From the IMG/VR virus record IMGVR_UViG_3300005288_000001, positions 108,502-172,501 of that record: a stretch of 64,000 bases of DNA; one strand, given 5' to 3'. Shown piece by piece: positions 27,185 to 36,860 of the stretch; within the stretch, counting starts at the first letter, position 1, and each line of letters begins with the position of its first letter. The notes beneath the pieces were generated by a model. That model was given only the letters and a program-made list of their open reading frames with translations, did not search any database and was not told the DNA's origin. The stretch comes from a virus. The position numbers and the translations under genes are program-made.

Positions 27185-30100
27185 TATGTGTCAAGCAGGA
27201 TGATACCCTGTCCGTAAGTTTTGTCGTTAAGCATCGTGAATGCTTGTTTCGCGGCACCGACGTAGCGGTGAGAGATGTGAATCCAAACAATACGCTTCGC
27301 ACGTGAGTTACCTGGACGGCCTGGGTCACGATATTCCAGGATCAGTTGATGGAACGGCAGGGCTGCAGCCATAGCCTTCGCCAGATCGTAGTGAGCTTGA
27401 TAGTCAAAATTCTTACCAGACAAAACGATATCACAAGCATTTCCCTTAGGGTGATCCGATACCTTCGATTCGTTGGCGGTTAGACCAGCAAAGCGATATC
27501 CGGACGTAATCACGAAGCCAGAGCGACCACCTGGAACTAACGAGATCAGTGGTTCCATAATGTTCTCTGCCAGACCCTTCAGGTTACACACAATTTCTTG
27601 CTTCGTGTACTTGCGTGGAGTTGCGCTACGGTTATCTTGCAGTAGTTGGTCCGCAAGAACATGCTTAGGATCGCAGATCAAGTTGCCCAGAGTGAACGAA
27701 GTGGATAGCTTCAGGCTCAATGGATAGTCGTTCATTGCCATGATCAGATCACAACTCTTTGGAGCAGCAACAGCAGTATTGACTGGTGCTGGAGATTGTT
27801 CCTCAGCAGGCGTATTTTCTGGAGTAGCCTTCTTACCAATGATTTCGCTGTCGCGCTTCTTGTGGTAAGCCGTTCCCTTGTCGGTTGCGATTTCTTCTGG
27901 CGTTTCAAACGACGAATCAATTTCAAAGTTACGTGGTGGCGTGGTCAGGTTCTGGAAGCGATTATTCGCTGGGTTACCAAAGCTAGGTGGCGATGCCGTT
28001 GGAAGCGAGTCAGCTGACTTGGCCTTCTCAACACTTGCCGCTCCTGCGATAGGTTGAATCGTTGGAATCGTTGGAACTTGCGCCGTAACCGTCGTGGCGA
28101 TACCTGAGTTCAGGTCGATACGAGCAGCATCAATTGCGTAGTTGCCTGTCGTCTTCAGGTAGAAATAGCCAGTAGACGAGATGTTAGTGTTGCCACTTGA
28201 CGAGATAATCGTGTCACCACTGGTAGCTCCCATGCTCATCGAGCCAGAAGACATAACCATGCTGCTCGAAATCATCGAGTCAACTCCGGCAATAACCTTT
28301 ACGCTCGATGCAGCCGTGGTAGTCTTCGCTCCGGTAACAACCAAAGTTTGCGAACCACCAACTGAGATATTGTTTCCGCCACCGATCTTCAGATCATTCT
28401 TGCCGGTAACGTCGAACTTTTGAGCTCCACCAACCTTCACGGTGCTGTCGCTACCAATGTCCGCATCAGACTTACCACCAACCTTCAGCTTTGTATCGCC
28501 GTCAATATTGGTTTGGTTGTCCTTGGCAATCTTGTCAGTACGACCACCGCCAATGTTAATTGTTTGATCGTTCTTGACGATAAGCGTATCGAAGTCACCG
28601 ACGTTGACCGTGCGATCCTTGCCGATAACCTTATGTTCCCAACCACCTACGTCGATCTTCCAGTTGCCACCGATGTTGAGGTTGAAGTCGCGAGCAACGT
28701 TCATATCCAGGTCTTGTTCCAGATCGATCTGAGTATGACCGGCCACACGAATGTGCGCGTCAGCGTTCACGTAGATGGAAGTGAAACCTTCGGAAGTAAT
28801 ACTGTATGCGCCCTTGATGTAGACGTATCCGTTACGGTCGACGATCTCATAGCCGTCTCCAGTGATACGATTCACTTGAGTTCCATTAACATCCATTTCA
28901 ATGAACGTTCCGGAACGATGCATAAGATTGACACGTTCATTATCCGGCGTATCATCCATTTCAAAGATGTGTCCCGACTCTGACGACTTCATACGATTGT
29001 ATGGGTAGCGAGCGTTATATGGGATCGGTGGCTGGCTCCAGGTGCTTCCATCAGCAGTTGGAATTTCAGTCATACGCGTGTTGTCACGAGTCTGAACTGA
29101 CGTACCATCTGTGCGTCCACGAGCGAGACGATTGGTGTCTGGTTCGTTAAGGAATTCGCGAAGTGGATACTTCATGTTTGGGTCGCGGAAACCAAGCAGA
29201 AGACTAGCCTGACGGTCAGCTGGGAAGCCTGTGCTGGCAACAGCGACGTTTGGCGGCTGATCACCAACAACAGCTGTTTGCTCTTGCTTCTGCGGAATTT
29301 GCATCGCATCTGCGTCGGCAATCAGGAAGTACTGGTAATATGCCTTCTTCTTTTGCTTGATGTTAGGAACGTTGTAACCAACGGCCTGGCATGCTGCATC
29401 GAAGTATCCTGGATCGTTCTGTGCGACCTTAACGCGATCCTTGAAATATGCTACAGCGACGTATGCGCCATGTTCAATATCATTCAGGAGTTCTGGACTA
29501 CCAACGATGTCAATGCCGGATAGCTTGGCATAACGATTGTAGTTGTATGCGCCGGTCAGCTGTACATAGCCGCGTCCGAAGTAATTCGCACCATCGTCAG
29601 CTCCCTTGTTACCAAGGTTCTTACCTGAACGAGTAGTTGGTCCATAGATGAAACGGAAGAAGTCTTCACGACTTCCCTTCCAGTTCGCATATTCATCTGC
29701 CTGTGCATCCGTGAGCCAGCTGAATACTTCCTTGATACGCGAGCGGGAATACTTGTATCCTTCGTTCTGCGGAACCCATTCAGATTCGCCACCGATAATA
29801 CCAAGGATCGCTGCGCGCGCGTAGGACGCTGTAATGCCCATCTTGTCCATGGCACGGCCAATTGCTTGGATACCGTTGGCACAAGTTCCCTTGATAACCA
29901 CGTTCGATCCGGTACGCTTTCCGTAAGGCGCTGCACCAGGAATACCGCCGATAGGTGCGCTTGACGGAGTAGGTGGTGGCGATGCAACTGGAGTAACGGC
30001 CAGGGCTTCTTGGCTTGGCGGAATTGGTGTACCAATCATCGTAACGATTGGAATTTGAGCAGGTTTTGATGTGGTTGTGCTTTGTTCGTCGAACATCAAG

Positions 30101-30411
30101 TCCGGCATGTCAGCGTCGACAGTCATTTCCCCTTGAGGAATACCACCGATACTTCCGAACATGAATGGTTGTTGCTTATCATTGTCGCGGAAGAGAATAG
30201 CCAGCACAGTGCCTTCTACAGGACCTACTGGTGCGTCACCGATACCACTCATAGCTGCCGATTCAAGACCCTGAATAGGATAGGCCCATGGCAAATCCGA
30301 GGTTGGCAGAAGCGACTTATCATGTGTGTGAAGACCGTGGATGCGCACTTGGCAACGACCCAACTTAAGTGGGTCCATTCGGCTTTCAACTACACCTGTA
30401 TAAAATTCCAT
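27184..30411 (-). CDS. gp5: Baseplate hub/needle with OB-fold, GH19-like domain, beta-helix and C-terminal M15 peptidase
   Basis: GVVESRMDPLKLGRCQVRIHGLH; GRGYVQLTG; YPYN..SESGH..E.DDTP.NER; SGYR..SDHPKGNACD..WIHIS. Start at the ATG at 30411 (TAATG overlap). Confidence 0.92.
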   Translation of the reverse strand: MEFYTGVVESRMDPLKLGRCQVRIHGLHTHDKSLLPTSDLPWAYPIQGLESAAMSGIGDAPVGPVEGTVLAILFRDNDKQQPFMFGSIGGIPQGEMTVDADMPDLMFDEQSTTTSKPAQIPIVTMIGTPIPPSQEALAVTPVASPPPTPSSAPIGGIPGAAPYGKRTGSNVVIKGTCANGIQAIGRAMDKMGITASYARAAILGIIGGESEWVPQNEGYKYSRSRIKEVFSWLTDAQADEYANWKGSREDFFRFIYGPTTRSGKNLGNKGADDGANYFGRGYVQLTGAYNYNRYAKLSGIDIVGSPELLNDIEHGAYVAVAYFKDRVKVAQNDPGYFDAACQAVGYNVPNIKQKKKAYYQYFLIADADAMQIPQKQEQTAVVGDQPPNVAVASTGFPADRQASLLLGFRDPNMKYPLREFLNEPDTNRLARGRTDGTSVQTRDNTRMTEIPTADGSTWSQPPIPYNARYPYNRMKSSESGHIFEMDDTPDNERVNLMHRSGTFIEMDVNGTQVNRITGDGYEIVDRNGYVYIKGAYSITSEGFTSIYVNADAHIRVAGHTQIDLEQDLDMNVARDFNLNIGGNWKIDVGGWEHKVIGKDRTVNVGDFDTLIVKNDQTINIGGGRTDKIAKDNQTNIDGDTKLKVGGKSDADIGSDSTVKVGGAQKFDVTGKNDLKIGGGNNISVGGSQTLVVTGAKTTTAASSVKVIAGVDSMISSSMVMSSGSMSMGATSGDTIISSSGNTNISSTGYFYLKTTGNYAIDAARIDLNSGIATTVTAQVPTIPTIQPIAGAASVEKAKSADSLPTASPPSFGNPANNRFQNLTTPPRNFEIDSSFETPEEIATDKGTAYHKKRDSEIIGKKATPENTPAEEQSPAPVNTAVAAPKSCDLIMAMNDYPLSLKLSTSFTLGNLICDPKHVLADQLLQDNRSATPRKYTKQEIVCNLKGLAENIMEPLISLVPGGRSGFVITSGYRFAGLTANESKVSDHPKGNACDIVLSGKNFDYQAHYDLAKAMAAALPFHQLILEYRDPGRPGNSRAKRIVWIHISHRYVGAAKQAFTMLNDKTYGQGIILLDT

Positions 30412-31661
30412 TACGTTCCTTTGAGAATCGAGTCTTTGATCAATTCCATATTGCAAATATGTTCCTTGTTGGTGATCTGATGGGATAGAGCCGAGATCAG
30501 ATACATTCCAGACAGGATTGGGTCGACAACATCCTTGTGCGTGTCTTCAGCACGAACTGGTTTGTTGCGATAAATTTCTAGCTTGACGGTTCGACCGACA
30601 GTGTAGTCCAAACGACCTGGCACTGTAATTTGAAGCTTCAGGGATTCAGCTTGCTTCAGGAGTGAGACGCGGCTTTGAATCGAATCAGAATTGGTAACGT
30701 CGGTATATCCGTTGAAGTTACCATAATACTTTGGCACAAACAGACGAAGAGCATCCGCACGATAATTTGAGCCACGCTGTATCAAAGCTGAATCGTTTAG
30801 GGTTTGGGTCGTCTTTGTTTTAGCGTCGAACACTCTGTATGTATATTTCTTAGTCGTGACGTCAAACGAGGTAAGAGTTGAGGCGTAGTAACCACCTTGC
30901 GCTCGGTCAAGATAGTTGAACAGCTCAGGAACATACATGTTCTGAATACGCTTGTAGTCCTGGTTGATATCGCGAACGGTGTTGCCGTCAGCCATAGTTG
31001 TACGAGTGTAATTGTCGTACACGAAACCAGCCACTGGAGGTACACCGTAAAGTGATTCAAGCGATGCAAAGACGTAACCTTCGCGATTTTCAAAGAAGAC
31101 ATAGCTTGGTGTTCCGCGCTTGCTTTCTGCGTCTTCCATGATGTATGTTAGGTTTTGAACTGGCGACCAGAAGTTCGAGATGTACTTCTGTGTATTGCCT
31201 GTCTCTTCAATGTTCTTAGCCTTCTTCGAATTCAGTCCTTCCGAACCAAGAAGCTGTGCCGCGATGTCAGAGTTCTTACCGCTGAACACCTTGCTAATCT
31301 TCTTGTTGGCGTCGATGATTGCTTCTAGCGACATGAAGTGTAGAATATACGCTGAGCTTCCTTCGTTGAACTGGTCCTTGTTTGCCATCTTGTACAGGTA
31401 AAACTGTTCTTTGATCTTGGCGATTTTAGGAGTTTCGATTTCAATATTGACGCGTTCCTCACCAATCAATGGTAGGACGGAAGCAATATCTACGTTATCT
31501 AAGAGAGTGAAGTTACCAGTAATGAACGCCGAAAAGATGTCTTCGTAGATTTCAACGGAGACAACCTTGCTGGTGACATCCAGCACAACTCCCCTGGAGT
31601 TGATAATTTCAATCTTCTTAATGCTGACGTCGCCAGCCTTGGAAATAGTGTCTACGGTCAT
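30411..31661 (-). CDS. Baseplate hub protein (gp27-like)
   Basis: IYEDIFS.FITG..LPLIGEE; FFEN; SGMYLISALSH; lies between gp53 and gp5. Confidence 0.75.
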   Translation of the reverse strand: MTVDTISKAGDVSIKKIEIINSRGVVLDVTSKVVSVEIYEDIFSAFITGNFTLLDNVDIASVLPLIGEERVNIEIETPKIAKIKEQFYLYKMANKDQFNEGSSAYILHFMSLEAIIDANKKISKVFSGKNSDIAAQLLGSEGLNSKKAKNIEETGNTQKYISNFWSPVQNLTYIMEDAESKRGTPSYVFFENREGYVFASLESLYGVPPVAGFVYDNYTRTTMADGNTVRDINQDYKRIQNMYVPELFNYLDRAQGGYYASTLTSFDVTTKKYTYRVFDAKTKTTQTLNDSALIQRGSNYRADALRLFVPKYYGNFNGYTDVTNSDSIQSRVSLLKQAESLKLQITVPGRLDYTVGRTVKLEIYRNKPVRAEDTHKDVVDPILSGMYLISALSHQITNKEHICNMELIKDSILKGT

Positions 31662-32161
31662 ACAGCCATTAGTGCGTCAAAATTGCTCAGGAGTACTGGA
31701 ATTAGTGACGGAGAGATTAGTTTGATTCGACGCTTTGCTTCGTTAATAGATTCTTCGTAGTCAAAATTCGAAACAGAAACAGCCGAAGGGTTGGTGCTAT
31801 TGACCACATATCCATTATCATCCACGTAGTGGTGGGTGTGATATTCGTTCCCTTCACCATATTTACGTGTAATATGTTGCATCAGGATTGGAGTTGATAG
31901 CGGGAAATCTGATACGTAATCGTACTTCTCGTTCAGGAGCATAACGACCCAATGCAGTTGAGCCGACCCATAAACCTTCTCAGCAATTAGTTGTGCGGTC
32001 TCACCATCGCGAATAATGTACTCTTCGTAGAGGGTGATATTGGCCAGAACGTCGCGGCGAACACGAACGTTGCGTGTAATGTCGCGCAGACGAACAAGAA
32101 TTTCCTGCCCGTCTGATCCATTGTATCCATGTAGGATAGTTGGGAAGTTGTCGAAATACAT
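31658..32161 (-). CDS. gp53: Baseplate wedge subunit
   Basis: MYFDNFP..YIIRDGE..IAEKVYG..LHWVVMLLN..NEAKRRIK. Confidence 0.92.
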   Translation of the reverse strand: MYFDNFPTILHGYNGSDGQEILVRLRDITRNVRVRRDVLANITLYEEYIIRDGETAQLIAEKVYGSAQLHWVVMLLNEKYDYVSDFPLSTPILMQHITRKYGEGNEYHTHHYVDDNGYVVNSTNPSAVSVSNFDYEESINEAKRRIKLISPSLIPVLLSNFDALMAV

Positions 32162-33351
32162 TAGTATCCTTTGCGAATAGCTTCTTTGGTGAGCGTAGCC
32201 AGTTCCTTGAATTGGAGAATCAAGTTCACTTGGATTGGTGCGCCATCATTAGTTGATGCCCAAACACCTTGTGGTGTATAGTCCGTCAGCATGCTGACAA
32301 GAACTGAGGACGTCAGCTTAGGCAAGTGTGGGTTTTCGCTGTCCTTGTGATAGAAGCTAATGTCGAATTCCGATGGATTCACGTAGATGAACTTATTGCT
32401 TCCCAGATATTCTGGGTGCATGTGGTACTTGAATTCGTCAATGATGTTCTCGATCAAGATCATTTCTTCTTGATTACGTGGGAAGAACTGATAGGCCATA
32501 ACGAACGAACGGAAGTCAACACCGTTGAACAGCAGTTCCGTACGTGGGTTTGGAGCCACACCTGCCAGAGCCTGAAGGCCAGCAGCGTTTGGTGTTGATA
32601 GAGCCAGGGCCGCACCAGCGGTGCCCAATCCTTCTCCGGCCGTTCCACCAGCACGGAAAGCGTTCTTCAAACGATCAACCGTTGGCGTGCCAGCGGCAGA
32701 GTCTTCAGCAATAGACTGTCCCATCGCCTTAACCGCATCGATGATCTTTCCACCACCTTCAGCACCGATAGCAAAGTTCTTGAGATCAGCTACTCCATAG
32801 ATCATAGAATATTGGGTCTTAACATCGTTCGGCATATGGAGCATGATAGCCTTCTTGAGACGCTTGCGTCCCTTTTGGATACCAATACCAGATGCCGCCA
32901 GAAGGGCAACCGGAACCGTGGCCAGCGCGCCGGAGGCAGCACCACCAATGGCGGAACCAACGAAGTTACCACGAAGGAACGAACCGATAGCACCAAGACC
33001 CGCGCCCGCGAACAAGTTTTGACCAAGCACACCAGCAACAGCTTGTGCTTCGCTTAGGTTCGATTCTTGAATGGAGCTGGTTACGCGCTTGTCATAATCC
33101 TTGACATAGTCGCCCGAACCAAGAGTATTGCCGCCAACATCCATTGGACGCGCAGCATCTGAGACGTTGATATAGAAAACAACGAAGTTTGATCCATATC
33201 GCTCGTCGTTAGATAAAAGGTCTTGCGGATAGACCATTTCACTAACGTCATATTTGTTTGCGTCAAACGTGCCGTCGATGGTCCGATCGTTTGTCGAACT
33301 GTCTACGTCAATTTTGTTATCGATTTTTCTTACGTCTGCTTGGAATGCCAT
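32161..33351 (-). CDS. gp48: Baseplate tail-tube cap
   Basis: YPQDL; LHMP; NPRTELLFNGVDFRSF..F.PRN..E; FKYHMHP; LQFKE. Confidence 0.9.
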   Translation of the reverse strand: MAFQADVRKIDNKIDVDSSTNDRTIDGTFDANKYDVSEMVYPQDLLSNDERYGSNFVVFYINVSDAARPMDVGGNTLGSGDYVKDYDKRVTSSIQESNLSEAQAVAGVLGQNLFAGAGLGAIGSFLRGNFVGSAIGGAASGALATVPVALLAASGIGIQKGRKRLKKAIMLHMPNDVKTQYSMIYGVADLKNFAIGAEGGGKIIDAVKAMGQSIAEDSAAGTPTVDRLKNAFRAGGTAGEGLGTAGAALALSTPNAAGLQALAGVAPNPRTELLFNGVDFRSFVMAYQFFPRNQEEMILIENIIDEFKYHMHPEYLGSNKFIYVNPSEFDISFYHKDSENPHLPKLTSSVLVSMLTDYTPQGVWASTNDGAPIQVNLILQFKELATLTKEAIRKGY

Positions 33352-33389
33352 TTGAAGCCCATAGTGTTTCTACACTATTTAGGGCTTCT

Positions 33390-33566
33390 TTAGGAATTCA
33401 AACCGAAGAGATAGAAGAGAAATGCGCAAACGAAAACGATGGTGATCAGGAAGACGAAGGGCTTGTGATAGGCGAACTTCACCACCAGATACATGGCGCC
33501 GAGGACACCAATGATAGAAAGTCCCAGAAGCAACCAGACGAGGGCTTCCCCTTGAAGTGCAGTCAT
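33390..33566 (-). CDS. Small two-TM membrane protein
   Basis: MTALQGEALVWLLLGLSIIG...; ATGA overlap with the upstream gene. Confidence 0.6.
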   Translation of the reverse strand: MTALQGEALVWLLLGLSIIGVLGAMYLVVKFAYHKPFVFLITIVFVCAFLFYLFGLNS

Positions 33567-33724
33567 GCTCGTTTTCCGAAGTAGAATATCGCCGCAAAGT
33601 AGGCGTAGAAGAGGATGATCAACGATGATCCTGGGTTCTTCACGACCCACATAAACAGCAAATAGATTATGTAGATTCCAGCCAGGCTGCCGAAGACTGT
33701 AAAGAGAAACTCGTTAATATCCAT
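33563..33724 (-). CDS. 53-aa membrane protein (not in ORF track)
   Basis: MDINEFLFTVFGSLAGIYIIYLLFMWVVKNPGSSLIILFYAYFAAIFYFGKRA; GGAGG RBS. Confidence 0.65.
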   Translation of the reverse strand: MDINEFLFTVFGSLAGIYIIYLLFMWVVKNPGSSLIILFYAYFAAIFYFGKRA

Positions 33725-33788
33725 AAGCCCTCCACGGCTGGTTATAAACCTAGTTTGCGCCAGTTTTGAATAAAAGTAAAGCTAGAAC

Positions 33789-33796
33789 TATAAATA
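33789..33796 (+). promoter_or_regulatory. T4-type late promoter TATAAATA
   Basis: Exact consensus immediately before gp4, at the head of the plus-strand late operon. Confidence 0.75.
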
Positions 33797-33800
33797 AAAG

Positions 33801-34280
33801 ATGGCTAAGACTAGAACCAAAACTAAATACCACCAAGGATTATTCACTCCGACCAACCCAAAGAAATACTATGGCGAGTTGAAGGAAATTGTCTACCGTT
33901 CGTCTTGGGAATTACGAGCTATGAAATGGTTCGATGCAACTCCTGGAATTGTGAAATGGAACTCCGAAGGGTGCGTCATTCCCTATATGTGTCCAACCGA
34001 TGGCAAGATGCATCGTTACTTTATCGACTTCGCCGTGCAAAGCCAAAAACGCGATGGAACTATGCAGATTCTCCTGGTAGAAATAAAGCCCGCTTCCCAA
34101 CGAGTCCCGCCTAAATACTCAGGTAGACAGACTAAATCCTACAAGGCAGCATGCCTTACATACATGAAGAATGAAGCGAAATGGACTGCAGCGAAAGCAT
34201 ATTGTGCTGAGCGTGGTTGGCATTTTGTTATCTTAGACGAATACGATCTAGGACTTAAACCGAGACCAATGAATGGCTGA
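33801..34280 (+). CDS. gp4: Head completion nuclease
   Basis: GLFTPTNPKKY.G..IVYRSSWE..WNSE..HRYFIDF..VEIKP..NEAKW. Confidence 0.93.
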   Translation: MAKTRTKTKYHQGLFTPTNPKKYYGELKEIVYRSSWELRAMKWFDATPGIVKWNSEGCVIPYMCPTDGKMHRYFIDFAVQSQKRDGTMQILLVEIKPASQRVPPKYSGRQTKSYKAACLTYMKNEAKWTAAKAYCAERGWHFVILDEYDLGLKPRPMNG

Positions 34281-34863
34281 TAACATCGCCCAACTGTTAA
34301 AGAAGAATCACTATGAGCTGGCATCTATTCAAAGGAATAGTTCTATCTGGTTCGAAACTCAAGCATTCAAATTGCTGGATGTCAACGGAGTAGAAGCTAA
34401 ATCAGCGCTCCAGGGTGACGCCCGAAAGCTAAAGACTACGTTTGATTTGGGTTCAATGTACTTCTTCCTGTATGACGCGAAGCACAAAGACAAGCTCCCA
34501 TACTACGACATGTTTCCATTGGTGTTGCCATTCAGCGTGACGAAGAACGGTTTTGTTGGATTGAACCTCCACTACCTTCCTTACGACATGCGAATTCGCC
34601 TGCTATCAAAGCTACAAGAATTCCGTACCAGTAACTCGCTCACACCTCAAAGCAAACTGCGTTTTCAATGGGAAACGCTCCAGTCGGTCGCGCGCGGGAA
34701 GGGAACTAAAGCCTGCGTCAAGCAATACCTTGGTGACCACGTTGGTTCACCTTTCCGTCTTGTGCCACCGGATGATTGGGCTACCGCGTGTATGCTTCCG
34801 CTTGAACGTTTCTCGGGCAGCGACAAATTCCAAGTCTGGTCTGATTCTCTAAGAAAACTATAA
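34273..34863 (+). CDS. gp2: DNA end protector
   Basis: YDAKHKDKLPYYDMFPL..GLNLHYLP..CVKQYL..VWSDS. Confidence 0.93.
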   Translation: MADNIAQLLKKNHYELASIQRNSSIWFETQAFKLLDVNGVEAKSALQGDARKLKTTFDLGSMYFFLYDAKHKDKLPYYDMFPLVLPFSVTKNGFVGLNLHYLPYDMRIRLLSKLQEFRTSNSLTPQSKLRFQWETLQSVARGKGTKACVKQYLGDHVGSPFRLVPPDDWATACMLPLERFSGSDKFQVWSDSLRKL

Positions 34864-36014
34864 TGTCACTAAAAGACTTCATCGCTGCGTCTCGCCTAAT
34901 GGGAATCGCGAAGCCTAACCGCTTCACGGTTTACTTCCAAGCACCTAACACCCTGGCGAATGCAGGACCGTTCGCACCAAACGCGATGCAAAACATCGCT
35001 CTCTATTGCAATCGTGCTGAACTGCCAGGCATCTCAGTATCCACCACTGCAATTCGAACCACCGGTGAAGTGATGAACATCGCCTACGATCGAAACTTCG
35101 AACCGTTCTCGCTAACGTTCTACGCAGACATTGGCATGAACGCAAAGTATTTCTTCGAAGAATGGATCAATTCGATTCAGGATCGAAACGATCGCACGTT
35201 TGCCTACTATGACGACTATACTATCCCTAAGATGGTCATCGACGTAGAAACCGTAAAGAACGAGCCAACGTATCGCGTGGAAATGTACAAGGTCTTCCCT
35301 AAGTCGGTCAGCGGAGTTCAGCTTGACTACGCGAACAATGGTCTAATGGAGATTACCGTCACCTTTGAATACCGCAACTGGAAGTCCAAACAAGTTGTCG
35401 GTGGAGCTGAAACATCGTGGAGTAGTGATAGCACAGGTTTCAAGGATCGTTTCACCAATATCCAAGGCGGTCTAAGTCTGGGATTGGGCAAGTTCAACTT
35501 CCAAGGAAGTACACTAAGTCAAGTCGCTGTTCTTGGTAAGTCAGTTCTTGGTGGTGTTATTGGTCAAACCCAAGTCGCCTTCAACTCACTATCGAGCAGT
35601 ATCTCAGGTCTGTCTAATCTTATCCCTGGTGGAATGAGCACCCCTGGAATCGTTAGTTCCATTACCGGAATGGCGTCGCAGGCTCGTGGTTACGCGAACC
35701 AAACAGGCAACATGGGAATTCAACTATCTACTCCTGCGGGTATCAATATGAGTTCGTCTACTTTGACGAGCATTGGTGGTATGCTAGGGAACTTGAATAC
35801 GTCCCTTGGACCGGCTGGAGCTATTAGTAGTTCTATCGCTAACTTCAACCCTTCGTCTACGGGAGCTATCGTGTCACAACTAGGAACTATGCAGGGTCAA
35901 TTGAATAGTATTGGCTCCGCACTTGGTTCCACAAACTCGGCGATCAACGCAGGTATCCTGGTTGCTTCGCTAGGATCTAATACTGGAGTAGCCCTTAATG
36001 GCCCAAGAGGATGA
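34863..36014 (+). CDS. gp54: Baseplate tail-tube initiator (gp19/gp54 fold) with a long S/G-rich C-terminal extension
   Basis: AKPNRFTV..CNRAELPG..LTFY.D..FEEW..FPKSV..LDY..VTFEY. Confidence 0.75.
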   Translation: MSLKDFIAASRLMGIAKPNRFTVYFQAPNTLANAGPFAPNAMQNIALYCNRAELPGISVSTTAIRTTGEVMNIAYDRNFEPFSLTFYADIGMNAKYFFEEWINSIQDRNDRTFAYYDDYTIPKMVIDVETVKNEPTYRVEMYKVFPKSVSGVQLDYANNGLMEITVTFEYRNWKSKQVVGGAETSWSSDSTGFKDRFTNIQGGLSLGLGKFNFQGSTLSQVAVLGKSVLGGVIGQTQVAFNSLSSSISGLSNLIPGGMSTPGIVSSITGMASQARGYANQTGNMGIQLSTPAGINMSSSTLTSIGGMLGNLNTSLGPAGAISSSIANFNPSSTGAIVSQLGTMQGQLNSIGSALGSTNSAINAGILVASLGSNTGVALNGPRG

Positions 36015-36405
36015 TAAGCTAGACAACCCAAAGTCTCAGCACTGGATGCGATCATACTGGCGTCCGCTTATGGCGATGCAGTATCTGATCGTTTGTATTT
36101 TTGACTTCGTGGTTGCACCGATTGTATGGACAGCGTTCCAGGCATATCACCACCAAGCACTTCTAACACAATGGAATCCAACAACCTTGGGTTCCGGGGG
36201 AACTTATCACCTAGCAATGGGTGCGGTTCTTGGCGTTGCTGCCTGGACCCGTTCACTGGATAAGCAAGATGATATGATGCGTGGAGCTTATATGCGTGGC
36301 CAAAGTGGTGCCGGCATGTATGGAGGTGGCGCTGGTTATATGCCGCCTCGTCAACAACCAATGGGAGACCCACCTCCACGTAAACCACTGCAAGGTATGG
36401 AATAA
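35998..36405 (+). CDS. Holin-like protein (GTA 3-TM holin family-like)
   Basis: WMRSYWRPLMAMQYLIVCIFDF..QWNP.TL..GG.YHLAMGAVLGVAAWTRS. Confidence 0.65.
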   Translation: MAQEDDKLDNPKSQHWMRSYWRPLMAMQYLIVCIFDFVVAPIVWTAFQAYHHQALLTQWNPTTLGSGGTYHLAMGAVLGVAAWTRSLDKQDDMMRGAYMRGQSGAGMYGGGAGYMPPRQQPMGDPPPRKPLQGME

Positions 36406-36860
36406 TGACAGCACTAGATAAAAACTTGACTCAAATCTTTGACGTCGAACCTACAAAGATCGATGGTGAGTTGGTGGAAACACCTATTACGCCTATGGCA
36501 AATACGACGCCACCTGCGCCAGTCAATACTGACGATGCAGATATGGAAGCCGACTTCGAGAAGATGCGCCACAACCAAGAAGAGCTTATTCTCAAAGGTA
36601 AAATCGCCCTTGACTGCGCGCTGGACATCGTCCAACAATCTGATCAACCGCGCGCCATCGAAGTATTCTCTACTCTTCTTGGACAGCTATCTAAGATAAA
36701 CCAGGACGCGATGGACTTGCACGCAAAACGCCGTGACATTAAGAACGCTCGCCCTGAGTCTGAAGATGCTCCGAAGACCGTCAACAACAATGCTATCTTT
36801 GTTGGGACTACCTCGGAACTGAATAAGATGATTGAAAAGATGACAGGAACTAAACCCTAA
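36405..36860 (+). CDS. gp16: Terminase small subunit
   Basis: DFEKMR.N..LI.KG..A...SDQPRAIEV..L..NNNAIFVGTTSELNK, the pattern seen in non-enteric T4-like gp16. Confidence 0.8.
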   Translation: MTALDKNLTQIFDVEPTKIDGELVETPITPMANTTPPAPVNTDDADMEADFEKMRHNQEELILKGKIALDCALDIVQQSDQPRAIEVFSTLLGQLSKINQDAMDLHAKRRDIKNARPESEDAPKTVNNNAIFVGTTSELNKMIEKMTGTKP

